From the NCBI GenBank assembly GCA_905178155.1, contig CAJINV010000004.1, positions 4,706,518 through 4,770,517 on the forward strand: 64,000 nucleotides of DNA, read 5' to 3'. Origin of the DNA: Amoebophrya sp. A120 (lineage: Eukaryota > Protista > Dinoflagellata). Made by a program: the position numbers and the translations under genes. Below are positions 39,856-54,498 of this stretch, piece after piece; the first letter of the stretch is position 1; every line of letters begins with the position of its first letter. The notes beneath the pieces were generated by a model. It was not told the DNA's origin. It searched no databases and saw nothing but the letters and a program-made list of their open reading frames with translations.

Positions 39856-42369
39856 GAAAAACCGGTCTTAAACGCAACGAAGCAGGCTGTGTCATGTGAT
39901 ATGTCGTGCAGCATGACGAACATGATTCTTTTCAACAAGAAGAGCAGGCACCGTTCCACCGATAGCACTGCGCGAACAAATGTCTGATTTCAACATCACT
40001 AGTACCATGTTGAACTTGAACAACTTGTATTCACAGAATTTTCATCGGAGAAAACGCAAACTCAGGCACCTTCACTGCACAAAGCTTGTTGCGAGTTTAA
40101 AAAAACGGTTTTACCACTGCATAGCCGAACAGTGCGAAACCCTGGAGTACCGACCCGCGACAGGAAAAATTGGTCTGCGGGGGTGATGTGAAGTTCTTGC
40201 TGACTCTGTTTTTCGTTTTCAGAAGAGATGAGCTGCAGCAGAGAACTCAGCTTTTTCTCACGTAAAATTAGAAGCAAAAAAAAAATATCCACAATTAGTG
40301 AACGTGAATTGAATTGCGCCACGCGAACTGCATGTATTCCCACTCCTCACCTTCTTGAGCTTGAATTACTGCTCGTTCTCCGCTCAGCACACGCGGGCAA
40401 TATTGCAAAGCTAAAGTGTGCTGTCAATGTCAACAATCACGATGCGCCACAGACATGCGAATGCCAATGCCATCAATGATCAACTGAACGAAGAAATGTT
40501 GTGTTACAGTTACAGATACGTTCGAAAATAAGCAGTGATACCCTCTGGAAGGGCCACAGACAGATACTTACAGACGCGCGAGTAGTTCTACTCGTGCGAA
40601 TAAGAGAGAGTACTAGACTACGCAAGTACTGCATCAACCTTCCTCGATGAATCGCCAAGTCAACTGCTTCGAGCTCGTCAGGTCACACGTTTTTTCAAAA
40701 AAAAGTATTAATAGCGTTGAACGGTTGAGCATTGTAGAAAGCGACGGCGCGGCACGGTCGTTGTTTTTGGTATATTGAGCTTGCTGCTGTTCCTCTTGAA
40801 GAGGGTACTTGTACTATGTCCTCCTGAAGCCATTATCAATTGCACCCCATGGTGAATTGGTTGAATTGTTTCAGTCCATTGATGCACATCATGTACGAGT
40901 GATAACGTAAACGTATGCGTCGGTCTGAATTTGAGTCGTATCATAACTCCAGCTACCGAAAATAAAACGATAGCATTTCGATTGTCGGTTTCTCGTCCTC
41001 TGCACGGAGTTTAATCGGTTCAGCGTTCAAATTTGTACCGGTCAAGCGTGCTTGACTCGGTTTTTAGATATCAAAAGATAAAGATGCATGGACTTCTACA
41101 TGGGTATTCGTATTGCCCATCGAATTCGCTCTCGTCGGCTTACTCGTTGAAAAACCAACCGTTCGGTTTGACGGAGCGCAACTGGAAAAAACATCGGTTC
41201 TACCTTCTTCGTTCCTGATGTTAAGAAGTGCCACTCGTACTTGACTTCCTTCTCTGTGACATAGCTGCATCGACGGCTACGTTGTCATCTCGGCATGGTG
41301 CTCCTACTTCGAATCCATTTTGCAATCCCTCTGATTTCCCCGCACAGTGGTTTACTTTGTGTTTGAGTTATTTCTAGCGGAAGATTTGCGAGGCCCTCGC
41401 TTTTCTTCCTCTTTCCACGAGGACGAGGAGAACCGGACTCGACACGTAAATCAAACTGAATTTTCCAATTCCTTTTCGACGACGCACACACTTACCTGCT
41501 ACAAAAACGAACGAAAACGCATTCTCACAAAAATCTAAAATTTACGAATTTCTACTTTTATCAGTTGCAAGAACTCGTCTACTCAACACGGAAAATTTGT
41601 TATTACTACTTTACACCGAAAATTTGTTGTACAAGAACTCCACCAAGACACAACTTGACAAATCACATTGGGTTTTTGACTGCAGGAAGGGGTAGTTGCG
41701 GTCAGGCTAACACCAGAAGAACGAGGACAACCGAAAACAACGTGGTCTTTCAAGAAAGCGCGCATTTCTCATCATCAGGACTACGACCAGGAGACGAAAC
41801 GAAGATCGACTGGACGAGGACTCCCACTCCGAGAGCTAACACAACGATCGGACATCGTGAGCGGTCTGTACACCACGAAGTCAACGGCTAGTACGTCGTT
41901 GACTTCAGTACTACTCTGAACAACGAACTTCAACAAAAAACGACGGCACGTGTTGAAGGCCTGTCATCAACAAGAACAAGTCGATGACCATGGCGACCGG
42001 AATCAGCACCGGAGGTGCGCTGCGGCGTACGCTCTTTGTCGCGGCTGCGGTTGCCGGCGAAAACGGTGTACTGGCACTATGAAGCGAAGACACTTTTTGC
42101 ATCCCTTGGTACGTCGAATGAGCCACAACCACATGATGATGATTGCAATTGCTCATGATAATCCATAATGATAAAAGCTGCCTCCACTCTTATTTGATCT
42201 GTGGTGAGAACTTCTCTCGATAAGCGTACACTGAGAACTTCTCTTGCTTCGTTTGCAACAAAGAAAGCGCGATATAGAAAACCGTATTATTGTATCGATG
42301 AGAATTTGATGCATTTGAATTTACGAGACAAGTTGGAAGAGTGTCACATTGCTTCTTTTTCATAAACAG

Positions 42370-45300
42370 CCAAGAAAAAGCCGAAGGGGTTTCTGGCGGT
42401 TGCCGTCGATGAAGGTTCTGAAATTATCAACTGCAAAAATGTCTGGGTCTGGAAGAGTGCAAGATTTGTGATGCAGGTTTTCCATGATCCATGAGGTCTG
42501 GAATGCGAGACCCAGCATGACAGACTCTCTGGGGTCTCTATCATGCCTTTCCTGCGTGAGAAAGTGCCTCTCAACTTGGTCAAAAGGGGACAGCTTTTGG
42601 CACTCATGCAACACAGCTTTTTCATGATTCGGATTTAGCATGACAAGTTGCAATCTTCCAGATCCAGACATTTTTGCAATGCATAGAAATTCAGTCTGAA
42701 CAAGATGGCCGAGTTGCCGGCCGAGAAATTGGCACAGGAGGCGCCTTCCTCGACGAGCAGGAGCGGAAAACGACGCAGAAGCCGTTTTTTGGGGCTTTGA
42801 AGGACGCTTGGGACCGGAACAGTCCCCTTGCAAGGGGAGGAAGCTTGAACACTGCCATTCGGAATAGTCCGGTTGGGCAGATATTTGGAGCTGAAAAACG
42901 AGAAGCGGAGGCAAAGGAGCTTGCCGCAAAAGCAGCAAGCGATGCACCCAACAAGAACGCACAAGACTATGCGCAGCTTGCTGCGGACTCCGCAGTGCAT
43001 GCTGCACAATCTGCCGGGATTGTGCAGCATGCTGCTACACAAGCACGAGCTGCGGCGAGTGCAACTGCCGCTGGCGACTCCTTCGATGGTACCACTCTTG
43101 CGCATGCCGGTGATCATCATGTTCATGCTGCTCCGGGCACTGCCATCGATGGTTTACTACCTGATCAGCAGAATGGCTGGTTTGATGACGGCCTCCACGA
43201 ACAAGGTATTAGATTCATTTGCTTTCAAAGGAGAGAATCATCCGCTTTCGTCTTCAGTTTCAACCCACATGAGTAATTCGCTCTTGCAGTTGGGGGCTAC
43301 ACAGATCTAACTTCTTTGTTGTGTTTTATTGCGTTTGGAACATCGCGATCTGCCGGCGAACAAGTCTGCTTAGTTTTTGACCGCATTTTTTTTCAATTTT
43401 TAGACGTGGTTGTTTGAGTATTGTCTTGATAAGAGACCGTCCCCGTTCGGCGCCACGGCTTGACTGGGGCCCTATTTGTGTTTGCAGGGATTTGATTTAG
43501 TTGTGTCGCAAAGCCAGAATTTCTTTTTTTTTGCGCTGACAATGAATGACTGTGGTTAATAGAGTTTGAGAAAGTTCGCGAAGACAGAAAGAGTAGGAGA
43601 ACGACACGTCATATTACTCGCACTCCTCCTCGTCTACCAGCACCACCGCAATACCAGAAGTTCTTTTTTTTGCGCTGACAATGAAAGATGAATGAGTGTG
43701 ATTCGGCTTTGAGAACAATCGCGAGGACAGAAAGAAAAACTAAAACAGCACAATTTGTTGATGACCACTTGCAAGATTGGTATGATGACACGCACTTGTC
43801 GGGCACTCCCCCCGGACCTCCGGCCCTTGGAACACCGCCGGCGAAACACGACCAACTCACCATCAATGACGGCCATCTGCCACATGACGACGCCCGACCG
43901 GTGGGCCAGGGCGAAGGTAATCATATTGTTTTTTCGTCGTGCTCTTCGTTTTCATCTCGCATCTTCTGATAGTTCATATTTGTTGATGTATGAAACTACT
44001 AGGGGAATAAAAAGTTCGGTATGGTCCGCCGCAGCATGTATGAGTATGACTAACTGAGACTCTCGTACTGTTGAGTGCCGGTTTTCAAGATGGAGACTGA
44101 GGAGTCAGATGCGCTAAGTATGTATACTTGCATGATTGATGAACCATAGCAACAAATGTATATACCGAAAGCGGGGAAAAGGGTTGTAGAGGCTATGAGT
44201 AGGAGCAGATGCAGATCTTCTGCGTCGTGTGGCTCCGTGGGTGTTGGACAAATAAAGTGGAATTCGATTCAGAAAAATAAATCTATGATTACATGATCAT
44301 GTTGAAGATTTATGTTGAGGAATATAGTTATAAATTTACGATTTGTCATAAATATGATGCATTGCATCGGCGAATCTTTTGCGATTGCGCGTGAAAGCAC
44401 CCGAAACAAATGCACAGGCGCAGCGTTGACTCCCGCGGGAGGGGCGGAGCAACTGCAACAACCTGAGAGCTTCGCCATGGATTATGATGACGGTGAAGGT
44501 GATGAAGATGATTTCCTTCGCCCTTCTGACGACCCGCGTGATGGTAGCGCTCTTTTTCCGTCGTGTGTTTTCCTTGATTTATCAATTTCATTCGGATAAG
44601 GGTGCAATCGTAATGCTGGTCCAAGTCGTGACGTGACTATTGTGCTGCAAGATCGTGAATTTCATTCATACTAGTAGTAATCTATTGACTATAGGAAAAA
44701 GGTTTGACAAAATTGCTGCTGAGCCGTCAGAAGCTTTTTCTTCTGAAGGTCTTCTGAAGGTCCAAAATCATCACTGGAGCCTCCAGAAGAAATTGAGCAA
44801 AGGTTTTTTTCTTTTGGCAAGCCTAGCATCGGTCGTTTCGCCCGGGAGCGTTTTGACCTTCTGAAGGTCGAGCCTTCTGAAGGTTTTTTTGTTAACCTTC
44901 GGAAGTAGGTTTTTTTTTGACCTTCGGAATTAAAAAAAATGGAAAAAAAGCAAAAAAGCCTTCTGAAGGTAAAAAGTGACTGCTTTGCAAATCACAACAG
45001 GGCTTTTTTTTGACCTTCAGAAGACTTTCCGACTTTTCCGAAAAGAAAAGGCAGTGAAGTGTCGCAACTTTGGCCAACCTTCAGAAGGTTGAAAACCTTC
45101 AGAAGGTTTTCCTCTAATGCGGCAGCTCGTTTATGTTTCCGGTTCCTCGTATTCTTCAGAAGCTTCGACCTTCTGAAGGTCATCTCCTGTAGATTCTCCA
45201 GATGAAGACTGAAAAGCTTCTGGAGAGTCTTCTCCTAAAACGACAAACATTTCTTTTGTTCGTCGTGTCATTGCTACGCTAATTTTTTCGTCCTTCATCG

Positions 45301-47246
45301 CGATTATCCTCTGGATGAGCAATTACAGACAGTAACACATGCAGCTTTGTTCTGTTTACACAACACACTCACGTTCTACTTTTCCTCTGCATGCAAAGTA
45401 AGCCTCAGCATGAGTTTGAGTTTGTATGTAAATGTATACACCGTGATTGTGAATTCAGAATTCTGTCTCTGAAGTGTCAGAGTCAGTCTGATTTTCATAT
45501 GCATTTTGCGGAACCTCCACGACCCGCATTTGCATACATTTTGCATCGCCCACATTTCTTGTTAATCCATAGATGAAAAGGATCATGAAGGCAAAAAAGC
45601 GAAAAACTCAAAAGGATCAGGGTATTGATGCAATGATTTCTAGCGCTTGATGATGGATCTTATTCCGCCGTCGTCGCGCCGCAAAGCCGCAAGTCTTGTG
45701 CCCACGTTCACCACCAAAAGTGTTGTGACGCGGAGGCGTTCGATGAGTCTGAGGTTGAATCGCTCGACATGCAACGCGGAAAAAAACAACGAATTTCGAC
45801 AGGTGGAAACGATGGCGATGCAGGACCGGGAGAATCCTTGTCGGTCAAGCACACGGAAGATGGTGATGGTGTGGAAGCTCCTCCAAAAAATAAAGGGGGA
45901 TTTTTTTCCAAGATGGCGAGCGCGGTGGGGAAAGGATTCAGCGCGGCGAAGAAGCACATTGTCGAAAAGTTCGCGAAAGCGCAAGCGGCAACTGATGCGG
46001 GTATATTTAAGTATAAGTATTTGTTTCTGATGTGCACGAGGACATCAGTCTCGCCCAGAGTGCCAATGTTGTGCCCGTCTTGTTTCCGAAGCAGCCGGAA
46101 GAACATATCCAAAAAAAGAGGAAATTTGAAATATCTTTATTTTCTACAGATGCAGCCGGGAGCGGTGGCGGACGCGGAACGAGCAAACGGTTCCTGCAGC
46201 GGCGTGGCCAGGAGCCTGATGCGTCATCCGGCCCTGCTGCCATCGAATCGGAAAAAGCAGATCCGAAGGAACCGACGAAGAAGGAAAAACTAAAAACCGC
46301 ACTCGAAAGCATCAGTCCCAATGTCATCCCGGCTGATCAAGCTTGTCCGCGCGGACAAGGGCCCAGTGACCTTGTCCTGAAGGAAGTGAACGACAACTGC
46401 AATGCCAATGGCGATGTCCTCTCTGACAAGGACTCCAATGTGATGTTCGGTATCGAGCTCCACTTCCTCGTCCGAGAAGCGGGGGATCAGGCGAACGGAG
46501 TCGACGACGATGGCGAGAAGGCGGAAGATTCCGCATCTTTCATCGAAACCGAAACGACAACGGCGATGCACGAGAAGCCATTTGCGTGGCTCAAAAAAAT
46601 GGCAAACAGCAACACGGCGAAGAAGCTAAGCCGAATGGCGACGGATGCAGTGAAGAGTGTTTCGCGACATGTCGAAGCCGGGGTTGAAGCCGCCAAAGCA
46701 CTGAAGGATGCGGGCGGAGAAGGAGGCTTGGCGAAGTTCGAAGCTGTGAGGCGCGCGGCGCTCGCGCAAAAACAGCAGGAAAATTCGGAGGAGGATGCAA
46801 AAATCGAAGAGGCCCCGGGTATTTCGGCAGAGATTTGCCATCTCAAATGCATGCTGAACCGCGACTGCCGTTTTTACAAGTTTCAAGCCGTGCACGGAAC
46901 TACTGGGGGCGGTAAGTGTACTCTGTCTCGCAGCCTTGACCACTTGTCAGTTTCGCCCAAGTGCATCACTCCCGATGGAAAAGAAGCAAACGACGCACCG
47001 AAAATCGACAAAGCCAAATCGGGATCCGGTTGTGTCTCCGAGAAGCCCAAGCTTGGTTCCATCACCGACGGCGACATTGTGGAATTGTCCACGTGGTTTG
47101 CTAGTTTCGTGACCCCCAACGCCGCAACGGTCGCACTGAACGATCTGGAACGGGAAGCCGCTGCAATCAAGGCGGAGTACGAGAAGAACAAGAAGCAGGA
47201 GGAGCAACAACTCGAGTATGCCGGAGAAAGTGAAAGCGACGAGTAA
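42370..47246 (+). CDS. Hypothetical multi-exon protein, 5' end unresolved; Cys-containing PAN/apple-like segment near the C-terminus
   Basis: Exons ~42370-42424, 42691-43206, ~43750-43916, ~44417-44544, 45644-46000, 46150-47246, joined by one introner and phase-1 GT-AG introns; CHLKCMLNRDCRFYKF...KCTL. Confidence 0.5.
42425..42685. mobile_element. Introner family A (reverse)
   Basis: Family A TIRs, TSD GAAAT; removal gives GSEIQSEQ; close relative of 12282-12542. Confidence 0.9.
44726..45181. repeat. Cluster of palindromic CCTTCWGAAGG motifs in a predicted intron
   Basis: Exact copies at 44857, 44873, 44959, 45078, 45096, 45169 plus about six near-matches. Confidence 0.85.
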
Positions 47247-49070
47247 GCTGAGCAGACGCCTGCTTTTTTTACGTTGTGATTACCTCCATCGAGGGCCGGG
47301 GGAAATCCACACTGTAAATTCGGGCCTCGAGAAGTTGTCCTTCGGAATTATGACAACGGTGCCGAAATGATTGAGAGCATAAGAATTTCTGTCATAATTG
47401 TGTTGCAACGATGAAGACACAACTTCAAGCAAATTTTGTTTTTCTCTTGTTACAAATTGTAGTACAAAAGTAGGTACTAGTACGTACAAATTGTAGTACC
47501 TACTTTTGTACATGGCTAAGTCAAGCTCGATCGTGAAATCACCTGCCGCCCCGCCGCGAGACAACGACCGTTGAATTTTTTCTTCGGAAGAACTACCTCG
47601 CACAGGACAGCAAACCAGACTGACTCGCGAAACAGTCCTGGAGGAGGTAGTCATGATTTTATTCTGAAACCCTGTACATCTACATTCATTTTCATTGAAA
47701 AATCGCATTCAACTCAGTAGCTTCGCAGATACATGGGCCCTCTGTGTTTCGACAACATTGTGCATACCAATTTTACATACTGTATTTTTATATACTGCCA
47801 TTGATTGTGTAACTGTAAACGGTTCAGTGTGATTTATGATGATTTTTTAATCGAGTTACACGAGTTACTAAATATCACATCATGATTTTCAGTTTTTACA
47901 TTCATCTACATTGTCGCCATTTTTGTTTTTGTCTTTTGTGTCTGATTGTGAATGTCAATGTGGTTAAAATTTTTCTAATTGCTTGCTATAATATGTTCCT
48001 CTCCCTCGTGGTCGAGCTTTATCTTCAAGACCTTCAGCACCCACCAGATGATTGTTTATTTATATAGATTCGACATCAAATTATTTGTTTTGTGGAGATG
48101 ATTGCCTCAGAGGAGTTGTATTTTGGCGTGTGGTGTAGCTTCAACATTATTCCCCTCGGAGGTTTGATTTCCTGTTCAAGCAACGGCGATGAGCATAAAG
48201 ATTGCGCAATTTATGAAAGAAACGAACATGAAGAAAATGAAAAAGATGCCACATGATAGACCACAGTGGATGTTCCGTTTTATCGGTCTCTCCTGCAAAA
48301 GAAGGAGTGAAGATGAATTTGCTTCAATTGCGGCACAGGAGAAGTCAGTGCTTCAATGAGTGTTTTATTGATATTGTTAGTGACTGGTCCTGCGAACTCA
48401 TCATCTTCATCGTCGTCGACTTCATGACTATATATGTGTCACTCGAGCAGCTCGACTCATGTGCGTCGTTGTTGTCCTCGTCTCGGCTTCTAGCACTAGC
48501 GGTACCTCGACCTGAATCGCGTACTTTCAGAATGTCGCAGGATGCAGAGGTGCAGATGAGCTACTTCTAGCCACACACCGGCATTGAAAGTGAACGAAGT
48601 CGCATTCTCTCGAGAGTTAGGTGAGGGTTTGTTGCGCAGTGTTCGTTGTCGGCGAAATTCGTATTGAGTGAATCTTATTTCCGATGAGGTAAGTAGGACC
48701 TCATCGCAGGAATGAAGTGGACGCATCCTCCGTTCGTACTACTGCCCAGCGATTTGATAAGATAGCTTCTATTTTTCGAGGTTCGTTTCTGTGGGTGTGG
48801 CGTCTCATACGCAGAATAGCTACTTTGCAAAAATTATAATCTGCACCACCTGGTAGTTTTTTGATTGGCTAATTGTATGGAAGACATGTGCAACAGTTGC
48901 TGCAAATAAATGGTATTGCAATGAATCACGCCACAGATGATGATCTCATGGGATTGGGAATTCCGCTTCATCACCGTGCTGCGGTCCTTTCAGTGTTTTT
49001 GTGCTGTGCACCCCGTTGTATCGTGATGCACCGAAGTAGAAGTGGAGTTTGAGTACATTCGAGCTTGACC

Positions 49071-52000
49071 ATGCACGCCCACACCGCAGTCGCGTATCTA
49101 TCGCAAGGAAGAGGGGGTGCACGGGAGGCAGGCAGAACTCGCCCTGTAGATGATGTTTGCCGACCGAGCTACAACGGGTCCGACTTCTCGCAGCCACTTT
49201 GGATCTTTGCACATCGCCATTCCTCGAGGCTGGCTCACAGATCTGCAACTACTGCATCGCATAAAGTCAACGCCTCCTTTGTCGACACCGAAACTCCGAC
49301 GCCGCCACCGTATCATTGATGCAGATTGTAACGCTAGTTGCCGGGAGTCGCAGGAGTCTTAGATCCAACAACAATTATATATAAAGTACAGTTCTTCTTC
49401 TTACAATAACAATTTGTACTTGATGACAATTTGGAATCGTGTGTCCATAGCACCAACGCAAAACCACGCAACTTTCCATGTTGTCGTTGTGCCAATATGA
49501 ATATAGTAATCCGTATTCCTGTAGTCGTGTCGCGGCTCAGGATGATGACACGGTGCTTTATCGCAATCCAAGTGCTGATGTTTCTGCTTTACTCGACTGC
49601 TATAGAAGCACTTACAATTTTGCTTCCATACCCCAGCCCAAGTCTGCGCTGCCAAGGACTACCGCTCCGCCTGTCCGTCCGGGTGGACTTGGGGAAAGAT
49701 TCCCGGCACGATTCACTCCACCTACGTCTGCAAACGACTCTTCACGCCGGGAACAGGTGGGGCTGCATCCGGGGCAACCGGCGCGCCAGGGACCGACAGC
49801 CCGGACTGGCAGGAGTCACCGGATGACGTGTATGGTGGAAATTCGGCTGCTGGCAAAGATCGTTTTTAGTTCATACCTTGCAGAGTTTTTGTCGCCTACG
49901 GTTCTATGAACCAACTACGGTTCGGCGTTGTCACTGTCAGACTCGCATGCTTGCGTGGTCTAGTAGAAGGACAGCACCAAGGATTTCTAGCCTCGCATTG
50001 AGTTTGAGGTGATATCCTTTCAAGAAAAGATTTTGCGATGTTGAAGAACAAGAACGAGAACCATTATTTACTTATACTTTGCTGATGTTGACGAGTTTCA
50101 TACCCCCATGTACCAGAAGATGCAGGACGCGTACGGCAGTGCGAAGACGCCCCAGGAGATATCAAACGCAGAAGTGTCTGGGTCTGGAAGAATGCAACTT
50201 GTGATGCTGCGTTTGGATTCGAAAAAATCTGCATTGCATGAGTACCAAAGGGAATCCAATTTTTGCTACGCTGAGAAGCCATTTGTCATGCGGAATTGGC
50301 ATCAAGAGGCCCTCAAAAAATCTGTATTGCTAGGGTATGGATCACAGACATCATGGCTCATGCAAAACGTGCATGACAAGTGTCAGAATCTTCCAGACCC
50401 AGACACTTTTACAGTTGATAGGAGAAGGAGATGTACAAGAGTCTGATGGCGCGGCTAACCGGGACGGGCACGGGTGCGGGGAGTAACGCAACGCGGATCG
50501 TCGACCCGCCGGGACCGACAGACCCGCGTCCGGTATGCTCAGATGAGAAATCCGAACCACCTGATCATCTTTCGCCTTCAGAAACAGCGAGCTGCAGCTG
50601 CATTTTTCACGGATGTAATCAAGGCAGCGTACTACAGTGCACTGTGCTGTCTGCAAGCAGGGGTATGCGCACTCGTCGTGCCACTTCTTGTTCTTCAGTT
50701 TGGATTTGGAAACCTGTTTATGGAAAACCAAAAGGATAAGGAATTTTTTTGAAGGCAAACAGAGGAAGTCAGGTAGGCGTAGATATTTTCTCCTGCATAG
50801 TCGGACGCCGAGAAATACAAGCGATCGCTTTCCAAGCTCTGCATCGACACCTACAAGATCACCACGGGCTGGGATATTGACAAAACGACTGGGAAGGCAA
50901 AACAGGTAAATGTAAATTTCTTGTTGCAAAGCGGTACATTTAATTAGATTTACATCATGAGGTACTAGCTGCTCTTGTTGTTCCTATTTCCCCTGAATGG
51001 TACCAACTCAGTGCGCATCTAGAGCGGTGTCAGTGAAGCACGCATTTCATCATCTACTCAAGTACTAGTACATTGCATTTCATCTTCCTCGAAGTTGTAC
51101 AAAAATCTTCTTCCAATTCAAATTTTCCAGATGGCGTCTTTTCCGGTCAATGGAAGTAACACCTGGAGGGGCATATGAAAGCGAAAGGCAAAACAGTTGT
51201 TACTGTTGGTGTTTTAGACTACTGCCGTTTATGTTGTAGAAGTAGAAGCTAGGCTTTTTATTCCGTTTGAGGATGACGAGATCCATGTTTTATGAACGAC
51301 GACTTTCTGTGTGTGTCTGTGAACATCCCAAAACGGTTATTTGTCCCCGTTTCCGAGTTGAATCCGAATGACAATTGACCACCGCTGCACAACAACTGTT
51401 CCCCGCTCCTTTTTCATATTCCACCGTGGCCGACGACGAGGCTGTGACGGACGCGGACGTGTCCAAGCGCCGGCGGATGGAGCGGAAGTGCAACTTTTCC
51501 TGGCCCTGTACCTCGCAAGGGGGATGGGCGGAGGACTACGCGGCTACCGGACGGAACATCTGCCCCATCGGCTGGAAGCTGAACAGCGAGACCGGGGTGT
51601 GCTACGCCCGGGACATGAAATCGTGCCGGAAATTGACCGAGAGCGTCTTCACAACCAGCAAGTCGTCAAAGTATGATACATGAAACACGTGGTCTCATCT
51701 TATTCATCCGGTATTGGGGCCTCGTGCGGAGAAGAAGATAGAATTTTCAGCTTTGCAGCCTTGTAACAAAAAAAGATGTAATATGATAAACATGAAGATT
51801 TACTTTCTGTTTCGCATTGTGCGTGAGCCACGCCGAGGTAGATTTCATTTCCTCGACACGGTGCACTACCCGTTCACCCTGACCGGAGTGCGAGTGGTAG
51901 CATGGTAAAGTATTCTAGTTGCTTGCACATGATGTGCTCGTCGTGCTTCAGAGATTGAAGATGCATAAGCTGCATATGTTGAGCATGGGCATGAGCATGA

Positions 52001-53511
52001 CCAATTCTAATTCACTCCCGCCCCCTTCGCCAGGCTAAAGGATTTTTCCCCACCACACCGGATGCGAGCGGTGTTCCGACCAGTGGAAGTGGCAGCACTG
52101 CGACCTGTACAACGCCCACGCCGGCGACATATCAAATGCAAAAATGTCTGGGTCTGGAAGGATGCGAGCTTGTCATGCATACTTGGATCACACAAAAATC
52201 TGTCATGCTTAGACAGCCAAGGGAGCTCCTTTTTCCGTCACCGACAGAAGGTGTTTGTCATGCGGATTAAGCAGTGGGGAGCCGTTTCAAAAGCTGTGAT
52301 GCTAGGCCTTGCATGGCACACCTTCCGTGTCAAGCAGACACAGCATCACAAACCTCAGCAATCTTCCAGACCCAGACACTTTTGCAATGCATACGACAGC
52401 ACGGGCTGCAAGTACGAAGGCGGCAAGTGTCGGCCGGTGTACCACGGACCTTGCTTGGGGGAGAAAACGCTGTGGTTTTTCACACCCAGGATGAAAAGCT
52501 TCTTCAGCAAGATGTGCGACGTGGCCTACCCCGTGCACAAACTCCCGGGAAAGATCATCCGCGGCGGGGATGTATCGCAAGAGAAAAGTGTTACGGTTAC
52601 ACACTTGTATGGAGTTTCTGCATTACAAATTTTCTCCGTGTCGTGGCAGACAAAACTTGTGATGCAAAGATCCTAAGGGAAAAGGAAAACACCAACACGT
52701 ACGAAATGAAGCTCGCAAGCATTTCCTGCATGACAAAGGTTGTCTGTTTTGCAGCTCTGGCAGTTGCAACGCAATGCGTACCTGTAACACGTTTTTCCTG
52801 CGATAGGATGACAGTGACCGGCTGACGGAGATCGACGAGGTCGCCATGCTACCAAGTGCAAAAGTGTCTGGGTCTGGAAGAATGCAACTTGTGATGCTGC
52901 ATTTGGATTCCAAAAAAATCTGTATTGCATGAGTACAAACTCAAACGGAAATGCAATTTTTGCTACGCTGAGAAGGCATTTGTCATGTGGAATAGGCATC
53001 AAGAAGCCCTCAAAAAGTCTGCATTGCTAGGGCATGCATCACAGACATCATTGCTGATGCAAAACGTGCATGACAAGTCTCAGAATTTTCCAGACCCAGA
53101 CACTTTTGCAGTTGATACATGCAGGACCTGGACAAGTCGAAACAACAGGAATTCAACGACATGATGCTACAGTCCTTCAAAACCGGTGGGGCCTTGCTGA
53201 AAACCGCCTTTTCCGCGGGACAGGGCGCGTTGCTAAAATTGATGCGGCTGGTGTCGAAAAAGACCGCCGTGCACGACAACGACCTACCATCGGACTGCAT
53301 CCGGGACTACTCAGTGAATTGCCCGGTCAACTGGGACGAAGATGACGACGGGTACTGCTCCGCGCCCCCGACCTACACTGGCCTCTGTCCCAGTCGGATT
53401 TCGTTCCTCACACTGACGAAGGAAATGAAAAGGGCCGCGAGCGGCCACTGCGACTTCGCCTGGCCCTGCCACGACGAACTCACCGTGCCCTCGTTTCACG
53501 TGTTTTTGTGA
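49071..53511 (+). CDS. CPW-WPC domain protein (alveolate surface family); start uncertain
   Basis: KDYRSACPSGW (~49655), KCNFSWPC...ICPIGW (~51490-51575), RDYSVNCPVNW...YTGLCP...CDFAWPC (53300-53470); 4 introners. Confidence 0.7.
50160..50420. mobile_element. Introner family A (forward)
   Basis: Family A TIRs, TSD GGAGA; removal gives PQEKEMYK. Confidence 0.9.
52130..52393. mobile_element. Introner family A (forward)
   Basis: Family A TIRs, TSD CGACA; removal gives HAGDSTGCKY. Confidence 0.9.
52573..52805. mobile_element. Introner family I
   Basis: TATCGCAAGAGAAAAGTGTTAC...GTAACACGTTTTTCCTGCGATA, TSD GGATG; removal gives GGDDSDRL. Confidence 0.88.
52850..53117. mobile_element. Introner family A (forward)
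   Basis: Family A TIRs (starts TAC), TSD CATGC; removal gives VAMQDLDK. Confidence 0.9.
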
Positions 53512-54498
53512 ATGAAAAGTGAGTTTCTACTGTCTGTTCTTTGATATGTTTTGTTTGCGCTTGTTGAAAAAGCTGATGTAGATGTTTCGTTTGCCATCTC
53601 GTTTTTCTGTCGTATGATGAAGGCAGCACAAAAAACCCTACTAAACGTATGAGTTCAATTGTAGACCGAATATCCAATGTACTCCAAGAATGTGGACGTG
53701 CACGGAAGCGATGGACTTTCTTTAAGTTTTTTGCAGTCGTAGTTTCTCCTTGCGAAGCCGAAGCAACGTGAAGAATACAAAATCGAGCTCACGAAGAGCG
53801 TTTGTTGTTGCAAATGTTACAAAGTCAAAGCTGCTTTGTTCATCCGCCTTTGCGACTTGTGACACTCGTCAAACAATCACGATCACCGTAAAAATTCGCC
53901 TTCTCGTGGTCCCCTGCAGAGCCGCTTTTATATTGTAAACGGAAAAAGTAAAAGAAAAAGCCACAACGTATTTGCGGGTGGGACGACAAGTCGGAAAAGG
54001 CAATCGCTCGTATTTGATGAGAGACACAACTACATCAGAGAAACACAAAATCGTCGGCGAACTTCGGATGTGATCATTCACATGCTCCTATTTCCCTCGT
54101 GGTGTAGTCGAGTACTAGTAGTCCCCCGTCGTCGATATCATGTCGTAATCTGAGGGGATGAAGTGCGTCTGCGTTTTGCAGATTCGCTGCCATCGTGATC
54201 CTCAAACTGTGAATCGTCGTGAGCACCTTCGTTCATTTTGTCTAATGGGAGGGTCGACGTGGTCCTATCCACGGAAAAATGATTTCGCGCAATTTATTTT
54301 CAATTGTTGAACCTGCGATGAACAAAAAACTTGTACTTAGCGGAAGATCCATCTTCCAGACATCACGAGTTTATCTCGTGAAGATCTGGAAGGTCTTTGT
54401 ATCCAAGATAGAAGAGTTGAGAAAATAAATCGTTCATCAAGAAGAACAAATTAAAGAACCCCATTGTACATCGCCTACAACAATCACTCTTCGAGATT

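Noticed and set aside
43515-43735. Diverged ~80-bp tandem duplication in an intron
   Set aside because: Ordinary local duplication with no TIR, TSD or coding effect.
44726-45181. CRISPR array or heat-shock element cluster
   Set aside because: The repeat is only 11 bp with irregular spacing, the context is eukaryotic with no cas genes, and TTC-N-GAA spacing does not match the TTC-NN-GAA heat-shock element.
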